A stretch of 64,000 nt of DNA from Stegostoma tigrinum (GCF_030684315.1 NC_081384.1:16716818-16780817), one strand, 5' to 3'. Counted from the first letter of the stretch, positions 35,801-49,479 are shown. Notes: generated by a model not told the origin, from the letters alone. Numbers and translations are program-made.

Positions 35801-37639
35801 CATCTGCATCTCTTTTCATGAAGCTACCTCCTTTCTATTGTGCTGCATATTGCTTTTGAACTGGTTGAATCAAGCACAGTCATCACAATGCAATAACTTC
35901 TCAGAATAAACTCTAATATCAATCATATTGTTACTCTGTCAATGTGAAACAAAGATTTTAGATTTTAAGGTTTGACTATCTTCATCATGCAAATAAGCAC
36001 TTTTTTGATTGAAATTGATTTAATTTATGAATCTAACAGTCAAAAATGCTACTCTAGTGATATATATTCTGTAATTCAGACTTTTTTTACCAATTTAATT
36101 GGATTACTACCACATTGAGCTTGCTCAATTCATCCCATGTTAATATTCACCTTCTCTGCATTGACGTATTTGGTATCATCACTTTCTGTTTATTTGTTCA
36201 TGGGATGAGGGCATCAATGGCTAGGCCAGCACTTATTGCCCATTCCAGAGAGCTGTGGAGAGACAATTATTTTCAACTGATTCTGAAATAAAAGTCAAAG
36301 CAGATGGAGCAACTAAACATGCACAATAGATCGACTCACATTGAATCAATATGGACTGCTATATCCGTGTTGTTGGAATTACTCTGAATTGAACTTAATT
36401 TAATTCAAGTCAAACCATGTAAACATTTAAGCTATATTTATTGAGGACGTCTGTATAGAAATCAGTGGTATGTGCACAAATAGCTGGAGAACAAATGTAT
36501 CAGGAAACAGCTGACCCGAACCATTTTTGTGTAGCTTAGTGTTTCAGCTGCATTTATAGCTCACCCTTCTTTTTTAGATGAACATTGTCAAAATTGTGTT
36601 GTATATTTTATGGCATAAGATGTATTTATGCAAGTTTACATTTTACTGTTGTTTGTGGGCCTTTAAAATGGTTGGCAGCCACTTTCGGGCTAATAAATTG
36701 ACAATGAATTCAAACTCCAATTTTTAAAATTTGCTATTGAACTAATTATCCAACAGTGCCCCCGTTGGCTACACAGAAAAAATTATATAAAAGGAACAAT
36801 TTGCATTCCTTGCTTCACAAAATCTACTTAGTGACAATGAGTAGGGATCTGCAAACCAATTGTGGTGAAATGAGTACCTTAATTGTAGCAGTCCCTCTTT
36901 AAGTCACTAAATGCACGCCATTCTATCCTTCCCAGGCCATGCTTGTCATGTCATACCTTTCATTTTTCTTTCAACGCTCTCACATTAACCCCATCCCATA
37001 GCCCAGCCCAACCCTTCTGCTTGTGCCAACCTATTCGCCAATTCATCTTCGTCTTAACTCTTTCCCACATTCCATACATCCCATGCTTTTCCTCCTACCA
37101 TTCTGTCTCCCCACTTATCAAATCAACAAAGTGGAGACACCCAAAAATTGTGTATTTTTATTACAAATTGCTCTGCAATGTCAACTCTCTTTCTAGATTC
37201 AAGGATTTTGACTTACTGAATGATCATTTAAGTTTCAAGTTGCAGTATCTTTATGATCGAGAATTAAGCTGTGGATGTTTGAATGAGTCTTGTTTCCATT
37301 CACTTTAAACCAATAGGATGGGATCTGAGAATCCATGGGAACAATCTGCCAGCATAAAGGATGAGGAGTGCCAGTTGGATGTCTCTGCTTCAGATCCTGC
37401 TGAAGAATCCATGCCAGAAAGGAATTGACTTGCTTCCATGTGACCACAATTCAGTATATGTGGTATTCTTTTGTTTATTTTCTGAAAGATTCTGAAATCC
37501 ATGAAATGTAATTCTGTCTTATTCAATATAATGTGAAAATATTTCTAGGATTTTTTTTGATTCTGATCGGGGACTCAGCTTTTGACCACATTTCAATAAA
37601 AGCTTTTCACTCCCACACACAAAGCCCAGTCAAAATTTT

Positions 37640-37830
37640 GAACTCTCTCACAGCCTCCTGATAAGTAGGACAATTGGACCTTTTAGGACTGCAGTAGAGA
37701 GTTTTAGTGGAAAGGTATCAAGGGACATGGAAGAAAAGCAGAAAAATGGACTTGAGGTGAAGATCAGCCATGATCTAACCGAATGGTGGAGCAAGCCTGA
37801 GGGAATGTACGGCCTACCCCGTTACTAATG
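37640..37830 (+). mobile_element. CR1 3' fragment
   Basis: ggtatcaagggacatgg...gatcagccatgatct...gaatggtggagcaagcctgaggg. Confidence 0.7.
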
Positions 37831-39379
37831 AATTACGATGTAATTATTGGATTCAGGTTCCAACTCAATTCAGATTCCGACAGTTTTATTGAAATCCTGT
37901 CAAAAGCAAGGGAGAACTCATGGCAATGAATTGAAACATCTCTGAAAATTTTCCACACAGTAATAAGGTACAAATCTAATTCATCATTACAGCAAAGTTT
38001 GCTTATAACAAATTGACCTTGAAAAGAGCTCTTATCCAAAGCTGGATGGAACTACTTTTCTTTAACAGTTTTCCATCTTTAATCATTTTAAGGTTGGAAG
38101 TCGAAATCCGTGAGGTAAAAACAATAACATTTCCAGCACAAAGTTTGCACAGATGCAGACCTGCCCAATGATCCTTCTAATCACTTAATCAACCTGGAAA
38201 GCACAGGCCAGCCAGCTGTAATCACTGAACGAGGTTTCCTAATGATTCTTTTACCGTTCCATCATCCCAAGCTTCCCCTCTCAGAAAGAAAAGGAAACAA
38301 GTTAGAAATTTAAAAGCCAACTTAATTGGCACATCTTTTTAAGTTTCACGTTTTACTACTAATTTTGCTTCAGCCCCATTCCTTGGCTACTTCAGCTTGC
38401 TGCATTGAAATGAATCTAACAATATCAATCAAAAGTAATGATGTTTGATGAAATCCAGAGATTCCTATCTTTTCACGCCTGAGAATAGTTGTAACAGAGA
38501 CTGAAATTTTAAAAAGATGTAACTTCTCAATTCGATATGTTCTTGACCATGTGTAAAACTACATAAGGAAATAGGCCAGGCAGACCTTTTGAGTCAATAA
38601 AATAAAGAAGTAAGTTTGACCATAACTCATTCAAATTAGTGTCTTTGGTGGTCTTGAATTTTTACTGTGGTTGCAACCAATGATCTTCTTTAAAAGTCTC
38701 TACTGAACTACAGTCCTCCCTTTTCTAGAGTAGTTGCCATGACACTTCAAGTTCCATTTATTGTTTAATTCTCATCTCCATCATTTATTCAAACTTATCG
38801 GGATGAAGCTTGAAAAACAAAACCTTTTGAATACAACTGCTGTTGTTCCATTTTGTTAGCCTTCTTGAGGCTGTTTGCTTCTGTAACCAATCATAAGCTT
38901 CTAATCATAGCTTTTCACAAGGGCAGGGGCATGGTTTATTCATGTGAAAATTGACTATTGGTACACATGTGGCCAATGCATGTTTATTTCCTTTGTCAAA
39001 GCTACCAAAGTACCATTGAAATAGATAGTGCAGTCTTCAGGACCATTTTGCATTTCTGGTTTGAGCTGATTTTCTTTGTTTCTGCCAGTTTCTACAGATG
39101 AAGTGGCTATTACTTATTATCCACAGCTTTGTCCAAATTATTAAAAAAATGGCAAGGGTAAAGCAATGCAGGCCAACTGTCCAGACGTGTACGCCATTAA
39201 CTCATTTCAGAGGTTCTTAGAAACTTTGTTTCTCTTGTAGGTCAGGTGACGTCAGCAGCCATTTTAAAACAGTATCCTAGCTCATTTAAAGGAGTTTTCT
39301 TTCAAATATAAGTTCTAAGCTGGCTGAGGAGATCTTGCTCAAATCTAGGAATCCATCAAAGCCTAATTCTAATGGAAGC

Positions 39380-39667
39380 TGTAAGGTAGAGAGATTGGAT
39401 ACATCACTCTATCAATTGAGTGCCCTAGTGCCCCTGAAGTAACTGCACAGAGGCCAACATACCATCACCAAGTCAGCCTTGGTTTACACATGGAGAGTCC
39501 TTGATGCTGATCCAGCTGTCTCAGAGCCAGCTCTCAGTGTACTCAGGATGTCTGAACACTCTTGTCCTTATGTCAGACAGGGCTCCCTCAATGGACCAGA
39601 TTAACACCCCCGGTCAGAGAACTCATTTTTTGAGGTCCACCAGGCTGACCTCATTTCAGTCACTGCA
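39380..39667 (-). repeat. 3' LTR of the Gypsy element
   Basis: Follows the PPT (aaggagaggga|tg on minus). Similar to 47799-48074 (shared blocks cagaggccaa, ctgatccag, tggaccagattaaca, ggtccacc). Confidence 0.75.
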
Positions 39668-40389
39668 TCCCTCTCCTTCTGAATCCGAGGACACAACACC
39701 AGTTCTTTATTTTTGTAACTCTTCCTGGTGCGTTTTAGCATCAGGTCAGGTTCCTCCAACTCTGTCTCTGATACAGGTGATGTGTAGCTTGCCTGTGGTG
39801 CCCAAGAAGAAATCTCAGAAGAAACTCATTCCCTTCTTCAGGTGGCAAAGGTTTTGAGGCATTAACATCTGCCATGTCCACCTCAGATCCCAAGGTATCT
39901 TTAACACTTGATGGAGAGGGAGAACGCATGGGTTCCGGAAAGGCTGCTGAGGAGCCAAACATGTTTTGTTCCCATGCTGCTTGTGAGTTTGCAGCTTACA
40001 TACCATCCACCCGCTTGTTCAGGACCATTACAGCTACTTTATCTGTCACTTTACCTCGTATCAACCATGCCTCTTACCCATGCAGGGCTGTTCCCATGGT
40101 TTCTATATCAAACTTCATTCCCTGACGTAAACTGTCTCGCTTGCTTAATGGAGTTTTGTGTCTGGCATTGACATTCCTGATGCAGTTTCACACACACCCC
40201 CCACCACGCCACTCCAGATCCAGGAAGATCAGATTTAACCTGGTGCAGAGACTTGTCTCCATTAGCAGCTCTGCTGGAACTATCTCTGTATTTGCATGGG
40301 AGGTGGTCCTATAATCAAATAGGAACTATGATAGGTTGGTACCTAATGAAGCTATAGGCTTTTGTTTTAAGCCTGACTTCAAAGTTATT

Positions 40390-40495
40390 TGTTCTGAAGA
40401 AGTGCCACTGGACCAAAATGTTAATTCTGATTTCTCTTTGCATATGCTGGCAGACCTGCTGAGCTTTTCTGGCAATTTCTGTTTTTGTTTCAAAG
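40390..40495 (+). mobile_element. Penelope-derived terminal fragment
   Basis: tctgaagaag...ctggacc aaaatgttaattctg...gacctgctgag...tttctgtttttgtttca. The same family occurs at ~22990-23040, 48100-48215, 48794-48890, 58655-58745 and 60330-60500. Confidence 0.6.
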
Positions 40496-42675
40496 TTGTG
40501 TCAGCACTTTCTGCGAGACGTTTGGATGATGGATAGTACAGAGCTATCCTTGTATGTCAAATCTCATCTGACTTTTGGGAAATACTCAAATTTCCAGCTG
40601 GTAAATGGTAGCCTGTCATCTGCAATCAATGCTTACATGAGTCTGTGTATTGCAAAAGATGCTCTCTGTTTTTCTATTATCGTCCCTGTGTCTGATGAAT
40701 GATTCAATTGCATGTTCAATTGCTTTGAATGGACACCCACAATGAGTGAAAAATTGACCCCATGAAAGGATCTGCACAATTGACGTGTAACTGAATCCAG
40801 GGTTTACCAAGCCATTCCCACAAATGTGGGGGAGCCTGTGGCTGTAACTTTTATCTTTGTTGGCACTTTGAGCACTGCTCCATCAATGCATCTATGTCTG
40901 CAACCAATCTTGGGCACCAGGCAAAGCTTCTCGCCAACATCTTCATTTTGGAAACTCCTGGATAACCTTGGTGGAGTTCAGTCAATATCTGGATGCTTTG
41001 TTCAGGACAATCACTCTTACTCCCTATAATAATATGCAGTTCTCTACTGTGATCTGGTCTCTTTGGTCCAAAAATGTTTCAATTCTGATTGCAATGGCCC
41101 TTTGATTTCCTCTGTCACCACCAGCTTTATCAGTTTTGCCAGGACCAGATCTTTCTGTGTCCAAAGTCTAATCTTGTCAGCTGTGACTGGAAGTGCATCC
41201 AGAAAATTTAGAACTATCATGGTACGACTGGTGGTGGATCTGCCAGCAGGAACCAGCTCAATGCATCTGCATTAGCTATTGGGCCTCCTGGACAGTGTTC
41301 CAACTTGTATTCGGCCTGAAACAATGGGTGGCACTGCCTTGTCCTCTTTATAAATAGACATATGAAGGGCTTTTGGTCTGTTATTATTACAAATTTATAT
41401 CTGTAAAGGTATTAGTGGAACTTTCTGACTCTAAATATGATTGTCAAACCTTCCTTCTCTGTCTGGGTGTATTTATGTAGTGCATTATCCCAAGTTCTGC
41501 ATACACAATTGGGCATTCCTCTGTATTGGGCTACCAATGTGCTAATATTACCCCAATGCTCTATGGGGAGGCATCTTATGTCTATATCAGATTTTGCTTG
41601 GGATCATAGTGTGCCAACACCTTCGAGGGTGACAGCTGTTTCTTCACTTCCCTGAAACTATGTCTTCGATAAAGGACCATTTCCAAGACTGACTCTTTAA
41701 GAGGTGATGGAAAGTGTCAGGATGGAGGCCAGGTTATGTATGAACTTTCCGTAATAATTCCCGGCCCAAGCAAAAAAACCTGAGCAACGGTACAGAAGTT
41801 GGATTCGGGCACCTTTGATCACCCTCACTTTGTTTTCCGATAGGTCTAACCCAGTCCTGTTGAATCTGTAGCCCAAGTAAGCCATTTGAGGTGCCTGGAA
41901 CACACATTTTTCCCTTCTAAGCTGTATGCCCGCCCAGCTGGGAAAACAGCCTGATGACTGTATTCAAGTTGTCTAAGTCCTTCTTATTTCTCTTCCCTGT
42001 TATTAGCAAGTCATTTCAATAAATGGTGAAATGTTCTCCATTATCCACTGAAAAATTGCACAAGCTGATGATACCCCAAATGGCAGTCTCGTACGTTGGT
42101 ACAAACCCCAACAAGTTTTAATTGTAGCATACTCCTGGGAATCTTCACCAAACTGGAATTGCAGGTACGGATAGCTCATGTCTAGCTTAGTGAAGGCCAG
42201 TCCCCGCTGCCAGCTTTGTGTATAAATCCTCCCTGCGAGGGACCGCAAAAAGTGGTTTACCATTTGTTTAAAGTCCCCACAAAGGTGAACTGATGCGTTG
42301 GAATTCACAATTTTTACAACTGATGCTGCCCATTCAGTAAACCGGACTGGTTTGATAATTCCTTCATTTTCCAGCGTCCTGATTTCTGTCTCTACTTCTG
42401 CCCATAAGGGAAATGGCACTGAGTAGGCCCTTGCAGAATCATTGCATGTTGACCAGGAAACAATTCAATATGACCTCAGCTCCTTTGATAGTCCCCAGAC
42501 CTTCCTGATGTTCTTCCAGGTATTTAATTAAGACTTCACTCAGGCAGCCATTTACTAATGAAAAATGTTGAGCTAGTCGAGGTGAATCTTTCTCAAACAA
42601 TTTTGGGTCTGAGTCTTTTAATACAATCAGTGGTAACTGAACTGTCTGGTTCTCATAAGAGAACAGAACTGAAGT

Positions 42676-43009
42676 TCATAGAATCCCAAGAGTGTGGAAG
42701 CTGCCATTCAGCCCAATAAGTCCCACTGCCCCTCCGAAGAGCAGCCACCTCAACTCGTTCCCCTATCCCCGCATTTCCCCATATCTAACCCAAACATCCT
42801 TGGGCACTATGGACAACTTAGCATGGCCAGTTCACCCACCCTGTACATCTTTGGGCTGTAGGAGGAAACTGGAGCACTGGGAGGAAACCCACGCCGACAC
42901 AGGGAGAATGTGCAAACTCCCCAGGGATAGTCACCTGAGGGTGGAATTGAACCAGAGCCCCTGGTGCTGTGAGGTAACAGTGCTAACCACTGAGCCACTG
43001 TGCCACCCC
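42676..43009 (-). mobile_element. HE1 V-SINE
   Basis: gtggcacagtggctcagtggttagcactgttacctcacagcacc head plus V-domain. Confidence 0.92.
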
Positions 43010-43154
43010 TAATCTGTAAAGGGTCCCCAATATTGGTTCTCAATCTAGTTGAGATCTTGTGCAATCTTAAGAGTTGGAGATCAGACCAAATTTTGTTAAA
43101 ACTTGGCTCTGTGATCACTGGAACAGCCACATTTGTATCGACCTTCCCCTAAGA

Positions 43155-43490
43155 GGAAGGCGATGGTCTACTGGTATTATTACTGGATTGTTAATCCAGA
43201 GAACATTCTGGGGATCCAGTTCAAATCCTGCCATGGCAGATGGTGGAATATAAATTCAATAAATATCTGGAATTAATGATGATCATGAATCCATTGCCAA
43301 TTTTCAGGAAAAACCCACTGGTTCACTAAGGTCCTTACTGCTTTCCTTACCTTGGCTGGCCTACATATGACTCCAGACCCACAGCAATGTGGTTGACTTT
43401 GAACTGGGCAATTAGGGCTGGGCAAGAAATGCTGCCTAACCAGTGATGCCCTCATCCTGTGAATGAATGAATAAAGAATGAAAAAAAAAA
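43155..43490 (+). mobile_element. tRNA-derived SINE with L2/Crack-like tail and A-rich end
   Basis: ctggtattattactggattgttaatccagag...gttcaaatcc...ccagacccacagcaatgtggttgact...ccagtgatgcc...gaatgaataaagaatgaaaaaaaaaa. Confidence 0.85.
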
Positions 43491-43639
43491 CCTCATTAGA
43501 ACTGGGTGACCATTTAACCAGATGTTTGTTCTGATTTGGATTTTGCTAAGAAATTTAGCTGTTCCAAACCAGATTCAGGTGGACTTTTCAAGGTGTGCAC
43601 TCTCCTGGATACCGGCCCATGTGTTCTCTTACCACAACA

Positions 43640-46600
43640 CAGGCAAAGCTAGGGTAGAGGACCTGTTCAGGGATTACAAAGCACTAGGAAAGAAATTGAA
43701 GTACAGGTCCTCAAGGGTCATAATCTCCGGATTACTGCCTGAGCCATGTGCCAATTGGCATAGGGAAAACAAAGTTAGGGAAGTAAACACGTGGCAAAGG
43801 GATTGGTGTGGGAAAGAGAGATTCCATGGGGCATTGGCATCAGTTTTGGAATGGGGGGGGATCTGTACCGTTGGGGCGGTGTCCACCTGAACCGATCTGG
43901 AACCAGTGTCCTAGCAAAAAGGATAAATAAGGTGGTCAGTAGGACTTTAAACTTCTGAGTTGGGGGGGAAGGGAAAGTGAAAGTGACAGGGAGTATGGAG
44001 TTAAATGGAAAGATAAGTTACAGGATAGCATATGTACAGGTGGGTTTAAGCTAGAGGCAGACTAGGAATACAGCAAAAAGGAAGAATATCCTAAGATTTC
44101 TTAGGATTTCCAATATCTCTAATAATGATAAGAAAGTTAGCATTAAGGCACTTTATCTAAGTGCTCGTAATATTCGCAACAAAGTAGATGAATTAACAGC
44201 ACAAATCCTCTTGAATGATTATGATGTGGTAGGCATCACAGAGATATGGTTGCAGGGAGTTCAGGACTGGCAGTTAAACATCCAAGGATTCACAACATAT
44301 CAAAGACAGGGAGGTGGCAGGGTTGCCTTGTTAGTTAAGGATGAAATTAAATCTACTGCACTGAATGACATAGGGTCAGAGGATGTGTGGGTGGAGTTGA
44401 GGAACCACAAAGGCAAAAAAACCATAATGGGAGTTATGTACAGACCTCCTAACAGTGATCAGGACCAGGGGTGCAAGATGCACCGGGAAATAGATAGGGC
44501 ATGTCAGAAAGGCAAGGTCACAGTGATCATGCAGGACTTCATTATGCAGGTGGATTGTGTGAATAATGTTGCTGGTGGATCCAAAGAAAGGGAATTAATG
44601 GAATGTTTGCAGGATGGCTTTTTGGAACAGCTTGTGATGGGGCCCAGAAGGGAGCAGGCTATTCTGGACTTAGTGCTATGTAATAAGCCAGACTTTGTAA
44701 AAGACCTTAAAGTAAGGGAACACTTAGGAGCCAGCGATCATAATATGGTAGAGTTCAGTCTGCAGTTTGAAAGAGAGAAGGCAAAATCGGATGTAATGGT
44801 GTTACAGTTAAATAAAGGTAATTACAGGGGCATGAGAGAGGAATTGACGAAAATCGACTGGAAGCAGAGTCTAGCAGGGAAAACAGTAGAGCAACAATGG
44901 CAGGAGTTTCTGTGTGTAATTGAGGACACAGTACATAGGTTCATCCCAAAGAAGACAAAGATTATCCGGGGTGGGATTAGACTGCCATGGCTGACAAAGG
45001 AAGTCAGGCTATGTATCAAAGGAAAAGAGACAGCGTATAAAGTGGCCAAGAACACTGGGAAATCAGAAGATTGGGAAGGCTACAAAAACAAACAGAGGAT
45101 AACAAAGAGAGCAATAAGGGAGGAGAGGATCAAATATGAAGGTAGGCTAGCTAGTAATATTAGAAATGATAGTAAAAGCTTCTTTCAATACATAAGAAAC
45201 AAACGAGAGGCAAAAGTAGACATCGGGCCACTTCAAATTGATGCTGGAAAGCTAGTGATGGGAGATAAGGAAATAGCTGAAGAACATAATAAGTACTTTG
45301 CGTCAGTCTTCACAGTGGAAGACATGAGTAGTGTCCCAACAATTAGGGAGAGCCAGGGGGCAGAGTTGAGTACGGTAGGCATTACAAAAGAGAAAGTGCT
45401 AGAAAAGCTAAAAGGTCTAAAAATTGATAAATCTCCTGGCCCCGATGGGCTACATCCTAGAGTTCTGAGGGAGGTGGCTGAGGAAATAGCAGAGGCTTTG
45501 GCTGTGATACTGTAAAAGTCACTGGAGTCAGGGAAAGTCCCAGATGATTGGAAAATTGCTGTTGTAACCCTCCTATTTAAGAAAGGATCAAGGCAAAAGA
45601 TGGAAAATTATAGGCCGATTAGCCTAACCTCGGTTGTTGGTAAAATTCTAGAATCCGTTGTCAAGGATGAGATTTCTAAAGTCTTCGAAGTGCAGGGTGG
45701 GATTAGAGCAAGTCAGCATGGTTTTAGTAAGGGGAGGTCGTGCCTGACAAACCTGTTCGAATTCTTTGAAGAGGTAACAAGTATGTTAGACCAGGGAAAC
45801 CCAGTGGATGTTATCTACCTAGATTTCCAAAAGGCCTTTGATACGGTGCCTCACGGGAGGCTGCTGAGCAAGGTGAGGGCCCATGGTGTTCGAGGTGAGC
45901 TACTGGCTTGGATTGAGGATTGGCTGTCTGACAGAAGGCAGAGAGTTGGGATAAAAGGCTCTTTTTCAAAATGACAACCGGTGATGAGTGGTGTCCCGCA
46001 GGGTTCAGCGTTGGGGCCGCAGCTGTTCACCTTATATATTAATGATCTGGATAAAGGGGGGCATTCTGGCAAAGTTTGCCGATTATACAAAGATAGATGG
46101 ACAGGCAGGTAGTACTGAGGAGGTGGGGAAGCTGCAGAAAGATTTAGACAGTTTAGGAAAGTGGTCCAGGAAATGGCTGATGAAATTCAATGTGAGCAAA
46201 TGTGAGGTTTTGCACTTTGGAAAAAAGAATACAGGCATGGTCTATTTTCTAAATGGTGAGAAAATTCACAAATCAGAAGTGCAAAGGGATCTGGGGGTAT
46301 TGGTCCAGGATTCTCTAAAGGTTAACTTGCAGGTAGAGTCCGTGATAAAGAAAGCGAATGTAATGTTGTTTATCTCAAGAGGGTTGGAATATAAAAGCAG
46401 CGATGTGCTTCTGAGACTTTATAAAGCTCTAGTTAGGCTCCATTTAGAATACTGTGTCCAATTTTGGGCCCCACACCTCAGGAAAGACATACTAGCCCTG
46501 GAGTGTGTCCAGCGGAGATTCACACGGATGATCCCTGGAATGGTAGGTTTAACGTATGATGAACGGCTAAAGATCCTGGGATTGTATTCATTAGAGTTTA

Positions 46601-46997
46601 GAAGGTTGAGGGGACATCTAATAGAAACTTACAAGATAATGTCTGGCTTAGAAGGGTGGACGCTGGGAAATTGTTTCCGTTTGACGGGGAGAGTAGGACC
46701 TGTATAGGACCCTTAAAATTAGAGGGGATAAATTTAAAACTGAAAATGAAATGACATTTCTTCAGCCAGAGAGTGGTGGGCTTGTGGAATTCATTGCCAC
46801 GGAGTGCAGTGGAGGCCGGGACGTTAGATGCCTTCAAGGCAGAAATCGACAAATTCTTAATCTCACAAGGAATCAAGGGCTACGGGGAGAGTGCAGGGAA
46901 GTGGAGTTGAAATGCCCATCAGCCATGATTTAAATGGCGGAGTGGACTTGATAGGCCAAATGGCCTTACTTCCACTCCTATGTCTTATGATCTTATG
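43640..46997 (+). mobile_element. CR1 LINE: ORF1 C-terminal remnant (SGNH esterase-like) + ORF2 (endonuclease + RT), inactivated
   Basis: ORF1 reads YKALGKKLKYRSSRVIISGLLP...HLN. ORF2 has a 434-aa open stretch (DVVGITEIW, YRPPN, ILDLVL, SDHN, KSPGPDGLHPRVL), stops at 45513 and 45972, and a frameshift near 46050. Other motifs: YLDFQKAFD, KFADYT, LEYCVQFWAPH. Tail tatgtcttatgatcttatg. Confidence 0.96.
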
Positions 46998-47798
46998 TTC
47001 TTACTCAATTTAGGTCTAATGGGACTCGCTTGCTGTCTCAAGTCCATGTACCAGCGCCAACTACAATGGCTTGCTGCCCTGGATCTTGAAGAAAATTTAA
47101 CCACTTGACTGAAGCTTTATTTTGGGGTTTTGATGTGGGCTGACCTGGAGTCCCTGTGTTTATGATATGTCCTGAGTGAGGCTATGCAATTGCATTCACT
47201 CAAGTGGTGTTCCCCAAGCTCAGTCAGCCTGGCAAGGGTGTCACTTCCATCAGAATACCCCAAAACTCAAAGGTCCACATGCCACATTTTCCAATGACAG
47301 AGGCACTTATGGTGTCCATTTGAAGTCCTGTTGGGCTTCAGCTAGTACTTTTGCATCGTTACATCATAAATCCCACATACCAAATGGTCTCTCGGCATCT
47401 CATTACAGGTTAAAGCAATGTTACATGCGCCTATCAGTCATCTTACGCACGTCAAAAATCCCAATTCGGGTTCCCCTGGTTCTCAAATTGCTGAGTAAAA
47501 CTGATAATATCTCAGAATTAGAAGAGGCTTGGGGTTGTAATGCTCCTTAACTGGATCTGTCATCTTTTGAATGGTTTTAGTATTTGGTGCCTCTGGGAAA
47601 GTGAGAGTCCTAATAAACGAAAAAAAATGTGGGTCTGCAAGCTGCCAGGATTATTACCCATTGTTTTCCGTGTCTTAGTGTCTTTTGTCCAAAAAAAGGT
47701 GCAGTTCTTTCCATATACTTTCACTGCAGTTTTGAATGAGTCAAGCTTCCCAAATAATGGCATGATGCAAGAAATGCTTACCCCAACACAAAGACGAT

Positions 47799-48074
47799 TG
47801 TTGTGAATTGATTCCTTAAAAGAGTGCGCCTTTTTCTCATCACCATTAAAATAGCTGTGCAGAGGCCAATATCCTGTCACCATGCCACCCTTTATTAACA
47901 TGTCCTTGACACTGATCCAGGTCCCTCAGAGTCAGTTGTAGGAGTGAACAAGATGTCTGACACTTCTGTGTAGATCTGTCAGCCAGGGCCCCCTAATTGG
48001 ACCAGATTAACAGCCCCAATCAGGGAACTCCTATTCTATGGGTCCACCTGACTGACCTTGTTACAAGTATTACA
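47799..48074 (-). repeat. 5' LTR of the Gypsy element
   Basis: TG...CA ends, lies just upstream of the gag start, and is similar to 39380-39667. Confidence 0.75.
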
Positions 48075-49479
48075 CCTCCAAGAACATCATCTCTGGGAGC
48101 AGGATTCTGCCTGTTCACTTTATTTCTTTCTACAGATGCTGCTCAGATGTGATAAGTTTTTAGTACTTTCTGTTTTTATTTCAGATGTCCAACATCTGCA
48201 GTATTTTGCTTTTGCATTGGTTTTTCAAGTTTTTTTGGGAATGTCCACCTTGAAGGTGTTCTGGCCTTCATTCTGGCAGGATTTGTATTTGTCTCTTTTG
48301 CCATGTATAAACTTCATTACTTTCTGTTTCCTGTCTGTCAGATGTCTACAAAAACCTATGTCTGAGCCACATCTACTTCCTTAGCAACTGCTTCTAGCTC
48401 CAAGTTATTCAATGCAGATTCAAACTGAAACTCCAGTATTCATGTTTCAGATGCTTCTCTATGTAGTACTAAGTAATTTGAAATTCTCTGCCCTTTGTCT
48501 CATCACATATGCTTTCAACCCATGTACTACCACATGTGTACTCCTGACCTCTCACTTAACCAACAATGAGTCACACCATCTCAAAGCAGCCCTAATCCAC
48601 AGTTTCATTTCATCCTTCACCTCATTCAGCACTTCAACAAAAAAATTTTTATCTTCTTTTCAGCTTTGAGGGTTCATAGGATCACCCTGGGGGAGCAATA
48701 CCCCTTCAGATCCTTCCTCCCCACCTAATCCATCAACTCTTTGAAATTCAAATGTTGCTTATTCACAATTATCACTGATCTTTCTCTCCCTAATCTGAAG
48801 AGAGATCATCAATTTGAAATGTTAAGTTTGCTTTTCTCTCCAGAAGCTCCCTGGCCTGCTGAGTATTTCCAGCAATTTCTGGTTTTATTTTTGTTGTGTT
48901 CATTGTAATTTCTTCCACAGTGCCCTCAGCTAACATTCTATATGTTGTCACATTCACTAGGATAGCAATGAAAATCAAGCCTCACTATTCTTGGAGTCAT
49001 CACAAAAGTTAAAAATTTTAAAAGTTCTCAATTTACCTATCTTTAAGTCCCAGCTAGATAAAAAGCATGAGCCAGGTATCTGTATTAACAAAATTTGCTA
49101 TTTACTACAAGCAATTAGATAGAAGTAAACAATTATGAACCAGCTCCATATGACTCTATTAATTAAAAGTGCAATTCCCTTATAAAGTCCTTTTTATATG
49201 CACACACAGGCAAAGATAGGGAAAATAAATGGGTGTTATGGATGTAGAGAAAGACAGGGAAGGTAGCTCACAAAGGTTGCCGAAATGGTATTTATAATTC
49301 TTGCCCTGGTCATCCTTCCCCAAACGTTTCCATCGGTTTTAAAGAGATATATGGTGGGTAGTTCCCTTATAAAGTTTCTGACTTATCATTTAAATGTTAC
49401 AGCCTACAGCAATTAATAAAGGAAAGATAAAAGTTTTTCTTCAGGTTTAGCATTGCTTTTATTGCAGAAAACAGAGAAC

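Larger units (their letters stand above)
39380..48074 (-). mobile_element. Old Gypsy LTR retrotransposon with nested insertions
   Basis: Gag starts MPLFGKLDSF at 47763. RT fragment (ORF 42003-42419): LENEGIIKPV...WAASVV...LCGDFK...FTKLDMS...RLPFGVSSACAIFQ. RT/RNase H region YLGYR...NYYGKFIHNLA. Integrase remnants at ~40230-40830 (FLFDYRTT...PAELLM). Polypurine tract at 39668-39678. Two related LTRs. Confidence 0.85.

Noticed and set aside
44211-45515. 434-aa ORF as a host gene or active LINE
   Set aside because: It is the CR1 ORF2 endonuclease/linker region. Downstream stops and a frameshift inactivate the RT.
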